Assembly (NCBI GenBank): GCA_965195195.1
Contig: CBDAFF010000029.1
Span: 6,553 to 70,552 of the forward strand
Reading direction: 5' to 3'
From: an uncultured Anaerolineales bacterium
GTDB taxonomy: Bacteria; Chloroflexota; Anaerolineae; Anaerolineales; E44-bin32
DNA length: 64,000 bases
Shown: positions 20,117 to 29,710 of the stretch, in pieces
Position numbering within the stretch: the stretch's first letter is position 1
Layout of the letters: every line of letters begins with the position of its first letter
Position numbers and translations under genes: made by a program
Notes under the pieces: generated by a model
Seen by the model: the letters and a program-made list of their open reading frames with translations, nothing else
What the model was told of the DNA's origin: nothing
Database searches by the model: none

Positions 20117-20308
20117 ATCCGTTAGATTCTCCTGACAACCCCTTCGAACCAGCTGGCATAAGAGTTGCATACGTTTAATCCGGATGAGTATACCGCAGAC
20201 GAGCCGTTCCGAACCATCTCATCTAAAATCATGGAAATAATGAGTTAATCCGATTGGTACATCTTTCCTCTCTACGTCTTCACCTACGTCGTGCTATGAT
20301 GCTCTTAT

Positions 20309-21298
20309 ATGGCGAGTACATCAAATGTAACCGCCGCTGCTCGCTCACGCCAAGAAGAGGTTGAAGTGCCTCCTGAAGAGACAATTGCGCAGCCGGTAGC
20401 GGAACAAGATACCGAATATCTGACCGCATTGGAACGCCTAGAGCGTGCGCAGGAACGCATGCTCTCGGCAGCTATTGCATTCTGTGATGGGTTAATCAGC
20501 GCCGGTCAATTGCGCGCCGTTCGAGAACTCCTGCGGGAACAAGAGAGTAAAATCGACGCCATGGGAGGAATTCAAGCTTCCCCATTCATCGGGGAGGTTC
20601 ATGACGACTCGGCTTCTCCACCACCGGAGATGAAGAGTCCAGCCCCCGTTATTGAAGAGAGTGTTGCTCAAGCAATCACAGAAGAACCCTCCATAGAAGA
20701 TATCGACGACCCGGAACTCCGCCGTCGGTTAGAAACACTTGATGGTAAGATCGCTCGCCTTGAACAGGATTTTCAACAAGGGCGGATTAACGCATCCCAA
20801 TATCGTGCCATTTACCGCCACTACATGGGGCAGCGTGAAGTCGCCCTGCGCATGCGCCAGACCGATCCAGACAGCAACCGCTGGGAGATGGTCCTGGAGG
20901 AAGGCAAAACTCGCTTCCTGCTGCAATTGAATGAAGCTGCCTGCTACAGCGTTGGTTTGTATAACATTCAATCCAAGGAACGCATCTTCGTTGATGGTAA
21001 AATGCCTGAATCAGCAGAGGATGCGATGGCGCTTTTGGGAACCTTCAGCACAAGCGAGGACGAATCCCCTGATGGAAGGCTTTTCGCTACGACATCCGAC
21101 AGCGGCGAAACATTACTCCTCATCCCGGGTGCTTTCACAGTCAGTCTGGCTGTTTTCTCACAAGATCCGCCATCTTGGCAAGTCCGCGCGCTTCATGAAG
21201 TGCACCGCAACTTCGAGGCTGCCAACCGGCCAGCGCTCCTGCGTGGTGAAACAGATAAACTTATCTTCCCCGATCTCAGCCGATTCATTAAAAGCTGA
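20309..21298 (+). CDS. Hypothetical acidic protein with coiled-coil-like N-terminal half
   Basis: 329-aa ORF. No recognised motif. Confidence 0.45.
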   Translation: MASTSNVTAAARSRQEEVEVPPEETIAQPVAEQDTEYLTALERLERAQERMLSAAIAFCDGLISAGQLRAVRELLREQESKIDAMGGIQASPFIGEVHDDSASPPPEMKSPAPVIEESVAQAITEEPSIEDIDDPELRRRLETLDGKIARLEQDFQQGRINASQYRAIYRHYMGQREVALRMRQTDPDSNRWEMVLEEGKTRFLLQLNEAACYSVGLYNIQSKERIFVDGKMPESAEDAMALLGTFSTSEDESPDGRLFATTSDSGETLLLIPGAFTVSLAVFSQDPPSWQVRALHEVHRNFEAANRPALLRGETDKLIFPDLSRFIKS

Positions 21299-21353
21299 TT
21301 GCCCCGCACACATGCATTGAAGGTAATTTCTCAGATTCCTCGGGGGATTGTCT

Positions 21354-21391
21354 GAGGAGTCCCCGGGACGAATTTAATCCCCGGGGTCCTC
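21354..21391 (+). terminator. Hairpin terminator between convergent genes
   Basis: GAGGAGTCCCCGGGA ... TCCCCGGGGTCCTC imperfect stem followed by a T-rich run (CTTTACACCGTATGCTTTTTCTTCTTTT). Confidence 0.4.
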
Positions 21392-21416
21392 TTTACACCG
21401 TATGCTTTTTCTTCTT

Positions 21417-22160
21417 TTAAAGAGACACTCCCTGTTCTTCTAGAGCCAGCCTCTGGATTCGGATCAAATGCCCAATCGAGCTATTTGCTAGATGAAGTAT
21501 CTTCTGTAAAGCATCGGTCGTGATGGGTTCTCGTTCGGCTGTACCTTGAATTTCAATGAGTTCCCCTTGTTCATTCATAACGATATTGACATCCGCTTCA
21601 GCAGCTGAATCCTCAGCATAATCAAGATCTACGATTGGAATGCCATCCAGCAGTCCGATGCTAACCGCCGCGATCGGTGATTTATAGAGTTCTCCGACGG
21701 GATCGCCTGCAGCATTCTGACTGCTTAGCGCTATGGCAAGAGCGACATACCCTCCCGTAATCGCCGCGGTTCGGGTACCGCTATCAGCCTGCAGCACATC
21801 ACAATCGACAATGCAGGTGATGGGAGGAAGCACCTCCAAGTTGAACCCTGCACGCAGGCTTCGTCCGATCATACGCCGGATCTCCTGGCTGCGGGCTCTT
21901 GGCTTGCCGACTTCACGCGCAGTTCGCTGCTGCGTTGCCCGCGGGAGCATGGCGTATTCGGCGGTGATCCACCCTCCCTGTGCATTGCGCGCCTTCATCC
22001 ACTTGGGAACCCCTTTTTCAATCGTCACATTGCAAAGCACACGCGTGTCCCCCAATTCAAGAAGCACCGATCCCTCCGGGTAATCGATATAGCCCGGTGT
22101 GATCGAGATCGGTCTCAATTCATCTACCGCGCGCCCCCCATGTCGAACGATCGTCGTCAT
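21417..22160 (-). CDS. rph: Ribonuclease PH
   Basis: GRAVDELRPISITPGYIDYPEGSVLLELGDTRVLC and ADSGTRTAAITGGYVAL are RNase PH blocks. Confidence 0.9.
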   Translation of the reverse strand: MTTIVRHGGRAVDELRPISITPGYIDYPEGSVLLELGDTRVLCNVTIEKGVPKWMKARNAQGGWITAEYAMLPRATQQRTAREVGKPRARSQEIRRMIGRSLRAGFNLEVLPPITCIVDCDVLQADSGTRTAAITGGYVALAIALSSQNAAGDPVGELYKSPIAAVSIGLLDGIPIVDLDYAEDSAAEADVNIVMNEQGELIEIQGTAEREPITTDALQKILHLANSSIGHLIRIQRLALEEQGVSL

Positions 22161-22224
22161 CCACGTTTCTCCAAGAGAATTTCAGCCATTTTTAAGAGTT
22201 GATCCTTAAAGCGAGAAGAAGCCA

Positions 22225-24057
22225 TCACTCCAATTCAATATATCGATCCACCCTCCCCTCGATAACATCCATACTGCTCTTCCAGAATGCCGGGTTGCGC
22301 AGATCGATGTCAAATCGTGCCGCGAGATCTGCGGAGTTCCCCATGCCGGTACCACGCAGGAGACTCTCATAATCTGGGATGAAATCCTCACCCCGCTCCT
22401 GGTAAAGGGCAAATAAACCCAATCCGAAGAGCTGTCCAAATGCATAGGGGAAGTTATAGAACGATCGCGAGGGGCTGTAGTAATGCGGCTTCCACGCCCA
22501 CATGTACGGATGTCGATATCGCTCATCAAGCCCATCGGCGTACGTTTCCGCCTGACAGCGGAGCATAATCTCACAGAAATCGTCCGCAGAGAGTTCGGCA
22601 TCTGCGCGTTTCTCGAAGACCTCGGACTCAAAAAGGTAGCGGGAGTAGATATCAACGATTACCCCCGAAGCCCCAACGAGGGAGGTCTCCAGGATTGAAA
22701 GCTCTTCTTCCGAGCTTTGAGCCTGCGCTAATGCCGACTCACTAATAAGCGTCTCATTGAAGATCGATGCAGTTTCTGCGAGGGTCATTGGAGTGATACG
22801 CTGCAGTTCCGTTAGACCCCACTGACATTCGTTGTGGAATGCATGGCCGAGTTCGTGGGCAAGCGTAGAAAGTTGGTCCAATGAGCCGTCATAATTGGCA
22901 AGGATGCGAGATTCTTCATTAAGCGGGATATCCATACAGAAGGCGCCCCCTCGTTTTCCTCTTCGAGGTTCAGCATCAATCCAACGCTGGTCAAAAGCTT
23001 TCTGAGTGAATTCTGCCATCCGCGGGCTGAAGCTGCTAAAGTTGTTAACGATAAATTCTTTTGCTTCTTCGAAGGTAAAACTCTGCTCGAATCCCCCTAC
23101 CGGGGCAAATACGTCCCACCATGCAAGTGCATCTTTTCCCAATCGTTTCGCTTTTGCCTTAAAGTAACGACGGAAAGTTGGGAAAGATTCCTTCATCACG
23201 CCCAGCATCGCCTGTAAAGTGTCTCGGTCGATCCTTGTTTGTTCCAACACCTCATGGAGAGCATCTTCTCTCCCGCGCCTTTGGTTGAGCGTGAGCACCG
23301 TGCCTTTGACGCCGTTCATACAGGCTGCCAGAGGCTCACGCATGCTCTCCCAGGCTTTGATCTCGGCCTCGAAGGCTCTCCGCCGAGTTTGTTCATCAGG
23401 ATCATACCTACGGATGTTCTGCAGTGCAGCAATCGGAACATCTTCAACAACCCCTTCGCGCTCAAACGGCACGCTGATCTGCGAAGTAACACTCCCTTGC
23501 AGCTTCTGCCAGGCGCTCGCGCCGCTCAACGAAAGGTCCGACGCTAGCGCTTCTTCTTCATCTGACATGAGATATTTGCTTTGTTCTATGGTTTCCTGGA
23601 GGAAAAAATTATGATCCTTCACAGCCGGGTTGGCGGTAAGGAGACCACCAAGATCGGCTCCCTGTTTGACCACTTCCCCAAGCCAACCTTTAAAGAGGAC
23701 TTCCTGCTTTTGTATTTGAACAGTGATTCCCTCAAATTCTGATTCTTTACGTTTCGCCAGCGTATTGAAAGAATCCGTTGAAATATATCCGTATAAAAAC
23801 GCTCCGATCGTTCCTGCCAAAGCGAGAATATCATTCGTCATTTGAAGATATTCTGAGACAAGAATCGCAGTCCCTTCAATCGATGATGGGATTTCCCCTT
23901 CCCGGGAGATTTTTTCCTTATCGAGGAATTGATCGAGCTTCTTGATACGCTTGCTCAGGTCTTTGACAGCACCATCCAGTTCACTCGATTCGAGGCTCGG
24001 GTAGATGTTGCTCAATTCCCAGTGTGGCAATATTCCGAGATCTTTCTCCGATGGCAT
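22225..24057 (-). CDS. pepF: M3B-family oligoendopeptidase F
   Basis: Zinc motif HELGHAFH. Start moved to the second ATG (24057), which is preceded by AAGGAGAAG. Confidence 0.85.
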   Translation of the reverse strand: MPSEKDLGILPHWELSNIYPSLESSELDGAVKDLSKRIKKLDQFLDKEKISREGEIPSSIEGTAILVSEYLQMTNDILALAGTIGAFLYGYISTDSFNTLAKRKESEFEGITVQIQKQEVLFKGWLGEVVKQGADLGGLLTANPAVKDHNFFLQETIEQSKYLMSDEEEALASDLSLSGASAWQKLQGSVTSQISVPFEREGVVEDVPIAALQNIRRYDPDEQTRRRAFEAEIKAWESMREPLAACMNGVKGTVLTLNQRRGREDALHEVLEQTRIDRDTLQAMLGVMKESFPTFRRYFKAKAKRLGKDALAWWDVFAPVGGFEQSFTFEEAKEFIVNNFSSFSPRMAEFTQKAFDQRWIDAEPRRGKRGGAFCMDIPLNEESRILANYDGSLDQLSTLAHELGHAFHNECQWGLTELQRITPMTLAETASIFNETLISESALAQAQSSEEELSILETSLVGASGVIVDIYSRYLFESEVFEKRADAELSADDFCEIMLRCQAETYADGLDERYRHPYMWAWKPHYYSPSRSFYNFPYAFGQLFGLGLFALYQERGEDFIPDYESLLRGTGMGNSADLAARFDIDLRNPAFWKSSMDVIEGRVDRYIELE

Positions 24058-24263
24058 AAACTTCTCCTTATGAATACTTAGGTGGTACAACTAATCTCAG
24101 AGTGTGATGCTATCTCCACAAGATAAATACCCGACAGAGCTATCGGTTTGTGGTATCTGAATAGAAAACCTATGCGTAAAGTAGGTTTGGATAGTTGGCT
24201 ATGCGCAGCTTCCTAGAGGGGCGGGCTTCTTTACTTCCCGCAAATTCCCTCAGCTCGACGCGG

Positions 24264-24479
24264 CTAGTCTTTGTCCGAAAACTTGAAGGAGACCTTGATC
24301 TTCGCTCGGTACGTGACGACTTTGCCATTTTCAATTTGCATATCAAGATCGGTGACTTCCGCGATCCGCAAATCCCGCAAGGAGACACCAGCTCTCTCCA
24401 CTGCTGCTGCCGCAGCCTTCTCCCAGGATTCGTCGCTCGTCCCAACAAGCTCAATAACTTTGTAAACACTATCGGTCAT
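24264..24479 (-). CDS. Dodecin-family flavin-binding protein
   Basis: 71 aa, SVYKVIELVGTSDESWEKAAAAAVERA ... VVTYRAKIKVSFKF matches the dodecin pattern. Confidence 0.8.
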   Translation of the reverse strand: MTDSVYKVIELVGTSDESWEKAAAAAVERAGVSLRDLRIAEVTDLDMQIENGKVVTYRAKIKVSFKFSDKD

Positions 24480-24711
24480 GGCATTCTCCCTTCCTATCCT
24501 CTCAGTCTAGAATATCAGGCGCCAAATGGCAATTCGCTTTGGAAATATCATTCCAACATTCAGGGCAGTTTCATCAAATTAACAATCGTTGTTTACGCCC
24601 TCAGCGCGGGTTCCGTTTAGACAAAGAGCCAGCGCAGCTATCAGAATCTGGAGGAAACGGATAGAAACGGCAGGATCCTCCCGCTTCTCATTTCTTGAAT
24701 CTGCGGAACCA

Positions 24712-25221
24712 TTACCTGCCGGACTTATTACCTTCTTGCCAATGCTTAATAGTCTGCCGATGCTCAGGGTAGTGCCAGAATGTATTCGCCGCTACCATCT
24801 CCCAAAGCGGTGAACCCGAACGCCAGGCGAGAGAATCCGCTCGCGTAAGCAAATCTTCCGGGATCCCTTCGACTACCTGCACGACTTCTTCTGCAAAATG
24901 GTTGAAGTCAGCCAGTACTTCTTTCAATTCTCGCTCGCGGTCCTCTTTGAGGGTTTGCTCATTCCAGCGGTCGAGATCATCCCATGTCATCCCCGGGGGA
25001 AGCTGCTGCGGCACTTCCCCTCTTTTTACGACATCCAACCACTCAACCATCCGTTTTTCCCAGACAACGATGTGGGCAACATAATCTTTTACAGACCAGC
25101 CATCCTCCTCCAGAGGAATCAACATTTCGCTTTCGGAGACAATACCTAAAAGAGCTACGAGCTTAATACGCTCATCGCGGATCCTTTGGATCAGGTCTTG
25201 CTTATCTCCAGGTGCGTCCAT
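24712..25221 (-). CDS. ClbS/DfsB (DUF1706)-like four-helix-bundle protein (DinB superfamily)
   Basis: WSVKDYVAHIVVWEKRMVEWL and PPGMTWDDLDRWNEQTL resemble the ClbS/DfsB pattern (from memory). Confidence 0.5.
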   Translation of the reverse strand: MDAPGDKQDLIQRIRDERIKLVALLGIVSESEMLIPLEEDGWSVKDYVAHIVVWEKRMVEWLDVVKRGEVPQQLPPGMTWDDLDRWNEQTLKEDRERELKEVLADFNHFAEEVVQVVEGIPEDLLTRADSLAWRSGSPLWEMVAANTFWHYPEHRQTIKHWQEGNKSGR

Positions 25222-25315
25222 CCTAAAACCTCACGAAGAGTCTTTCAACAAGACGATTCGATGACTGCGGGCTCAGAAAGCCGGTCCGCAGCAACTTTGT
25301 AAGGCCTCATTGAAC

Positions 25316-25702
25316 TCAACGTATCCCGGTGTCAATGGCGATATCTAAACGCGTAACTTCATTGGGTCGGATTTCAACCTGCGCCGGCAAACCTTTTGCG
25401 AAGTCGATTCCCGAATGGTTGATATCGACTACATAAGTCCCCGCTGGCAATACGATTTCATAATCCCCGGCAGCGTTAATCGAGGCGCGCGCGATTTCCT
25501 TGCGCCCCCTTTGATCAAAGATCACGATCTGCCTGGCGGCGTACATCTCAGGGTTCGGCGTTGGCTCCGGCACACCCTCTTGGATAGCCGGCTGGAGGGG
25601 GCCGATTGAAACATCGCCCTTCAATATTCCCTCAGGAGCTGGCGCGACCTGGCAGGCGAAAAGAAGGACGAAAAGCGAGATGAAAATGGTCCGTTTAATC
25701 AT
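25316..25702 (-). CDS. Predicted lipoprotein with carboxypeptidase-regulatory-like beta-sandwich
   Basis: Internal start MIKRTIFISLFVLLFAC (lipobox) after a GAGGGGAGAGG SD. GDYEIVLPAGTYVVD motif. Confidence 0.45.
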   Translation of the reverse strand: MIKRTIFISLFVLLFACQVAPAPEGILKGDVSIGPLQPAIQEGVPEPTPNPEMYAARQIVIFDQRGRKEIARASINAAGDYEIVLPAGTYVVDINHSGIDFAKGLPAQVEIRPNEVTRLDIAIDTGIR

Positions 25703-25833
25703 GGGGTCGCCTCTCCCCTCGTTTATCCGCAACTTCCGAGGTATATCCGGGTGATTCTCTTTTCTAAGACCTGGAAGTAAATCTCTCAAACACCCAAGTC
25801 CGAGTCGTGCTTGATCGTGTAATGCCCTCCTGC

Positions 25834-26724
25834 TCACATGCCGCTATCCATGACCCCGCAGTCATCATCGCCGAATTCTATCTCGATTGTGGAATGGGCG
25901 AAGGCAAGTTCGCGGACAAGTTCAAGGATTTCCTTTCGGAGGCAGAGCACTTGCTCTTTCGAGACATCCTCGTCCACAACGATATGTGACGTGAGAACAT
26001 GATGTTCGCCATCCAGAGACCAAACATGGGTGTGGTGAGTCGAGCAGACATGCTCCATCCCATTTAATCGCTCATCGATTGAGGTGACGTCTACATTCTC
26101 CGGGACTGCCTGGAGAAACAACGCCAGAGTCTCTTTCAGGTTCTTCAAGACATTGTAGAGAATATAGATTGTGATGAGGATGGAGAGAAGCGGGTCGAGA
26201 ATATATAAGTCCGTAAATAATAGAACGATACTTACAACGAGAACCGCAACCCAGCCCAGGACATCCTCGATCAGATGCCAGGCGATGGCGCGGGCGTTGA
26301 GCGATTTCTCCCCTCTCAGTCGAATCGCCGCAAGCCCATTGACGACTACTCCCAAGATTGAAAAAAGGATCATCCCCTGCGCGTTTGTTTGCTGAGGCGC
26401 CCACAAACGAGGGATTGCTTCACTGAGGATGAAAATCGACCCAACAATCATTACAACTGTGCTGATAACAGCTCCGAGCAATGAGAAGCGCCTGTAGCCA
26501 TAAGAGAATTGCGGATCTCCATCGCGCTGCGCAACGCGATCCAAATACCATGCCAGGCCGAGAGAGAGACTATCTCCGAGATCATGAACTGCATCAGAAA
26601 GGATAGCAACACTATTCGTCATTAACCCGCCAATGACCTCAAGCAAGGTAAACCCTAGGTTAAGGAAAAAAGCAGTGCGCAGATTCGCTTCGGTGCCTCT
26701 GTTGTGTACGTGATTATGAGTCAT
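25834..26724 (-). CDS. Cation diffusion facilitator (CzcD/ZitB-like) metal efflux transporter
   Basis: His-rich N-terminus MTHNHVHN, LLEVIGGLMTNSVAILSDAVHDLGD, HLIEDVLGW. Track start 26751 is TTG; ATG 26724 preferred. Confidence 0.85.
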   Translation of the reverse strand: MTHNHVHNRGTEANLRTAFFLNLGFTLLEVIGGLMTNSVAILSDAVHDLGDSLSLGLAWYLDRVAQRDGDPQFSYGYRRFSLLGAVISTVVMIVGSIFILSEAIPRLWAPQQTNAQGMILFSILGVVVNGLAAIRLRGEKSLNARAIAWHLIEDVLGWVAVLVVSIVLLFTDLYILDPLLSILITIYILYNVLKNLKETLALFLQAVPENVDVTSIDERLNGMEHVCSTHHTHVWSLDGEHHVLTSHIVVDEDVSKEQVLCLRKEILELVRELAFAHSTIEIEFGDDDCGVMDSGM

Positions 26725-26921
26725 GATCCCGATTCTACCGTAGAGATGCAAGAATATCAGGCGATGCGAGCGAGGTGGTGATACATCTCAATGCACCTAG
26801 GAGTATAACTTTTTACCCTGGAAGTCTGCCAGCCGATATCTGTCTAGTGGCTATGCGCAGTTTCTGATGTGTGAGAAACGAAAATATCAGACGGCGCGTT
26901 TTTCTAATCTGCCAGCAATGC

Positions 26922-27086
26922 TCACGAATCTTGCTTGGCCAGGTATTCTTGATACTGTTTCCATCCCGGGCACCAGGTAGTGTGCCAGCGCCAGATCTTA
27001 CTCACCAGAGAATTGGGATTGTTCTCGGACTTCTTTCTCAACGGGCACTCCGCGCACCTCGGTATTTCCTTACCATTCTCCGTCAT
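26922..27086 (-). CDS. Small Cys-containing hypothetical protein (54 aa)
   Basis: MTENGKEIPRCAECPLRK...WHTTWCPGW after AGAGGA. The longer track ORF overlaps the upstream gene. Confidence 0.3.
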   Translation of the reverse strand: MTENGKEIPRCAECPLRKKSENNPNSLVSKIWRWHTTWCPGWKQYQEYLAKQDS

Positions 27087-27148
27087 AATTGTTTGTCCTC
27101 TGTTATCCGATGAAGTGAGTTTTGGAATCCACATCAAGAAAAAGCGCC

Positions 27149-27610
27149 TTAGTCCCCTTGCACATCCGTAAAAGCTTTCCACGTCATCACAATTGGCAGC
27201 ATTCCCATAATGAAGAGCGTCGTGTTCAATGCTGCATTGAACGCGACTTTATGATAGAGCGTGATGCTGGTGTCCACGACATACCATAACAGCAAGCCCA
27301 CAACCATGGCATCACGCGCCCAGCGCTCCTGCCTGTAAAACGGGTAGCGGGTGATGAAAACCATGAACACGCCCCAACCGGCGACGGTCGCACCTAAAAC
27401 GCCATAGATCCACTGCATGAAGAGGGCGCTTGCGTGTGGGACTGGACCATCGCCCCAGAATACCGGATTTACGCGATTGTTCATCAAATCAAAGATAGGT
27501 GTCGCATTCAAGAGTGCCATCGCCAATCCGAACAAAACGATAATCCAACTCACAACAAGCAACCAACGCTGCCAGAATTCGAAGTTTTTCATTACAAAAT
27601 CTCCTTTCAT
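27149..27610 (-). CDS. Hypothetical membrane protein (4 TM)
   Basis: Hydrophobic 153-aa ORF. No motif recognised. Confidence 0.45.
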   Translation of the reverse strand: MKGDFVMKNFEFWQRWLLVVSWIIVLFGLAMALLNATPIFDLMNNRVNPVFWGDGPVPHASALFMQWIYGVLGATVAGWGVFMVFITRYPFYRQERWARDAMVVGLLLWYVVDTSITLYHKVAFNAALNTTLFIMGMLPIVMTWKAFTDVQGD

Positions 27611-27685
27611 CTAACCTGGAAAACTAGAGACAATCTGCATCCCCATTGCACAGAAAAAAATGGTTAAGTCTAACTACCTTCATTA

Positions 27686-28468
27686 TTACTTTGTAGTCTT
27701 CCTCTTGGTGAAACGCAGACCAGACCAAGTTTGATCAATGGCGCTGATCTTGAAATCCACCAGGCCGGAGGCAAGGCCAAGCTTCCGCACGATATTCTGG
27801 CTGAGATCGCTTTCCACGTCAGAGGATTTCTTCGGCCAGATGATCCACAACCCGGCCGAATCACCGAAGACAAACATCTTACGCATGCCTTTCTCAAGTT
27901 CCTCACGAGAGCGAACGAACCAAAGTGTTAGATCGCCAATAGACTGCAATCCTGATTTTAAGACCGCACCCTCTGGCAGTTCACCCAGCGTCTCTTGGAT
28001 TCCCTTTGGGGCATTAACCAGAGCAACTACGGTGTTTTCTTTGATACCAAGTTTCTTCGGCAACGGTGTCCCAGAATAACCTGCCATAATCGAAGTCGGG
28101 ACAACCGGATTGGTGGGGGGTGAATCGATCGTCTTTCGGAGTGGATCATCAATCTGATCCCACGGCGTGTAAACAGCATCGGGCAGCAATTCCTTGATGC
28201 CCTCGACCTTGTTTAGCTCCCCTCCGAAAAAAACCAACGGTATATTTCTGGTCGCTTTGTGTATGCGAATCCCCAGAGCGAAATCTCTTCCTTGTGATGG
28301 CAGACGGCTAAGATCGATAACAAATGCAGCGGGTGGGTCCTGCCTTATCTTATTCAAACTATCCTGATCAAGAAGCGAGGATTCCACCTTGTATCCTGCC
28401 CTCTTTAGGATTTCAGCCTTCTCCTCGACTTCAGATTCCTTCCAATGGATCAATCGAACGCGCAGCAT
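27686..28468 (-). CDS. DUF3052-like protein with N-terminal receiver-like domain
   Basis: C-terminal half GYSGTPLPKKLGIKENTVVALVNAP...LWIIWPKKSS...DQTWSGLRF resembles DUF3052 (from memory). Confidence 0.5.
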   Translation of the reverse strand: MLRVRLIHWKESEVEEKAEILKRAGYKVESSLLDQDSLNKIRQDPPAAFVIDLSRLPSQGRDFALGIRIHKATRNIPLVFFGGELNKVEGIKELLPDAVYTPWDQIDDPLRKTIDSPPTNPVVPTSIMAGYSGTPLPKKLGIKENTVVALVNAPKGIQETLGELPEGAVLKSGLQSIGDLTLWFVRSREELEKGMRKMFVFGDSAGLWIIWPKKSSDVESDLSQNIVRKLGLASGLVDFKISAIDQTWSGLRFTKRKTTK

Positions 28469-28598
28469 TCATAACTCCAGATTAAGGCTGTGGTGTAGGT
28501 ATCTGCCAGCGCATTAAACCAGTACGAATATTGTACGATGATGAAGGGCCTGTATTGATTTTTATCTTCAGACGGCTCCTTCGAGTGTGCTGGCTGTC

Positions 28599-29075
28599 TT
28601 ATTCCTTTGTACCAAACATATCTTCTGGCATCTGCACAGCGACGACCTCCCCTTGCGCGCAAATCTTCCCTTCAGCGGAAAGGGTTGTCTCGACGATAAC
28701 TTTACGACCTTTTATCTCCTTCACCGTTCCTCGAATTTCTAAGGGGACGCCCAGAGGAGTCGGACGGAGATAGTTGACATGCAACGAAGCCGTCACGAAA
28801 CGCAGCGGGGGATCTGTGTCCATCTCACGCCCCTCTGCTCGATAAGCCGCGGCAGAAGCGGTCCCCGTTGAATGACAGTCGATCAGCGAAGCGATTAATC
28901 CACCATACACATATCCTGGAATAGCGATGTGGCTGGGCCGCGGAGTGTATCGGGCCACGGTTTCATCACCATCCCAATAACTCTTGATTTGAAGTCCATC
29001 TTTATTAAGACGACCACATCCGTAGCAATAGCTTAAGTCGTCGGGGTAGTTATCCTGAAACGCTTCCTTAGCCAT
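28599..29075 (-). CDS. PaaI-family hotdog-fold thioesterase
   Basis: Start at ATG 29075 after GGGAGG. YVYGGLIASLIDCHSTG is a hotdog motif. N-terminal CYGCG. Confidence 0.7.
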   Translation of the reverse strand: MAKEAFQDNYPDDLSYCYGCGRLNKDGLQIKSYWDGDETVARYTPRPSHIAIPGYVYGGLIASLIDCHSTGTASAAAYRAEGREMDTDPPLRFVTASLHVNYLRPTPLGVPLEIRGTVKEIKGRKVIVETTLSAEGKICAQGEVVAVQMPEDMFGTKE

Positions 29076-29115
29076 GAAATGAAACCTCCCTTGCAGATCT
29101 TTCAATAATTTTCGG

Positions 29116-29580
29116 TTATGAAAAGTAGGCTTTTGTATAAGGGTGAACTTCCGGCGATTTAATTAGCTCTGCGATATCCCACCACTGGTACTCTGTATGC
29201 TGCTCAGGAGGCAGGTTCGCCAAGGGCGACTCAAGGATAAATTTATGCGCCAGGACGATAAAGTGCGTCCCATAACCCGCTTCCGCAGCGAAATTGTCCT
29301 CGTAAAAATGCTCGAATACACCTACAAATTCCACAGTGGATGAAATGGATTCCACCCCCAGTTCTTCCCTTATGATGCGGCGAAGCGCCTGGTCGAGTCG
29401 TTCTCCCTTGCGGATCCTGCCACCAGGCACAAACCATTTCCCTTGTGCCGGTTGGTTGCGGCGGCACCCAAGGAATATCCTGTCTTGTGAATCCTGCAGG
29501 ATGAGGTCAATCGAAACGAGAGGAGCATGCTTAACTACTTGGGTGAAAACCTGGGCGTCGAGTTCAAAGGCGTCAGACAT
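29116..29580 (-). CDS. NUDIX hydrolase, GDP-mannose mannosyl hydrolase-like
   Basis: NUDIX box GGRIRKGERLDQALRRIIREELG. Internal start MSDAFELDAQ preferred. Confidence 0.7.
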   Translation of the reverse strand: MSDAFELDAQVFTQVVKHAPLVSIDLILQDSQDRIFLGCRRNQPAQGKWFVPGGRIRKGERLDQALRRIIREELGVESISSTVEFVGVFEHFYEDNFAAEAGYGTHFIVLAHKFILESPLANLPPEQHTEYQWWDIAELIKSPEVHPYTKAYFS

Positions 29581-29710
29581 AGTCCTTAAGTTTATTATGG
29601 CGAGCACAAACCGCCAAGCATCTGGAGCAGGATCTGAGGCAGACAAAAAAAGTTGGCAATGCTGTTTTCTGTGATCTTCCCCTGAGCTGATTAGGTTGAC
29701 CCGGCCGCTT

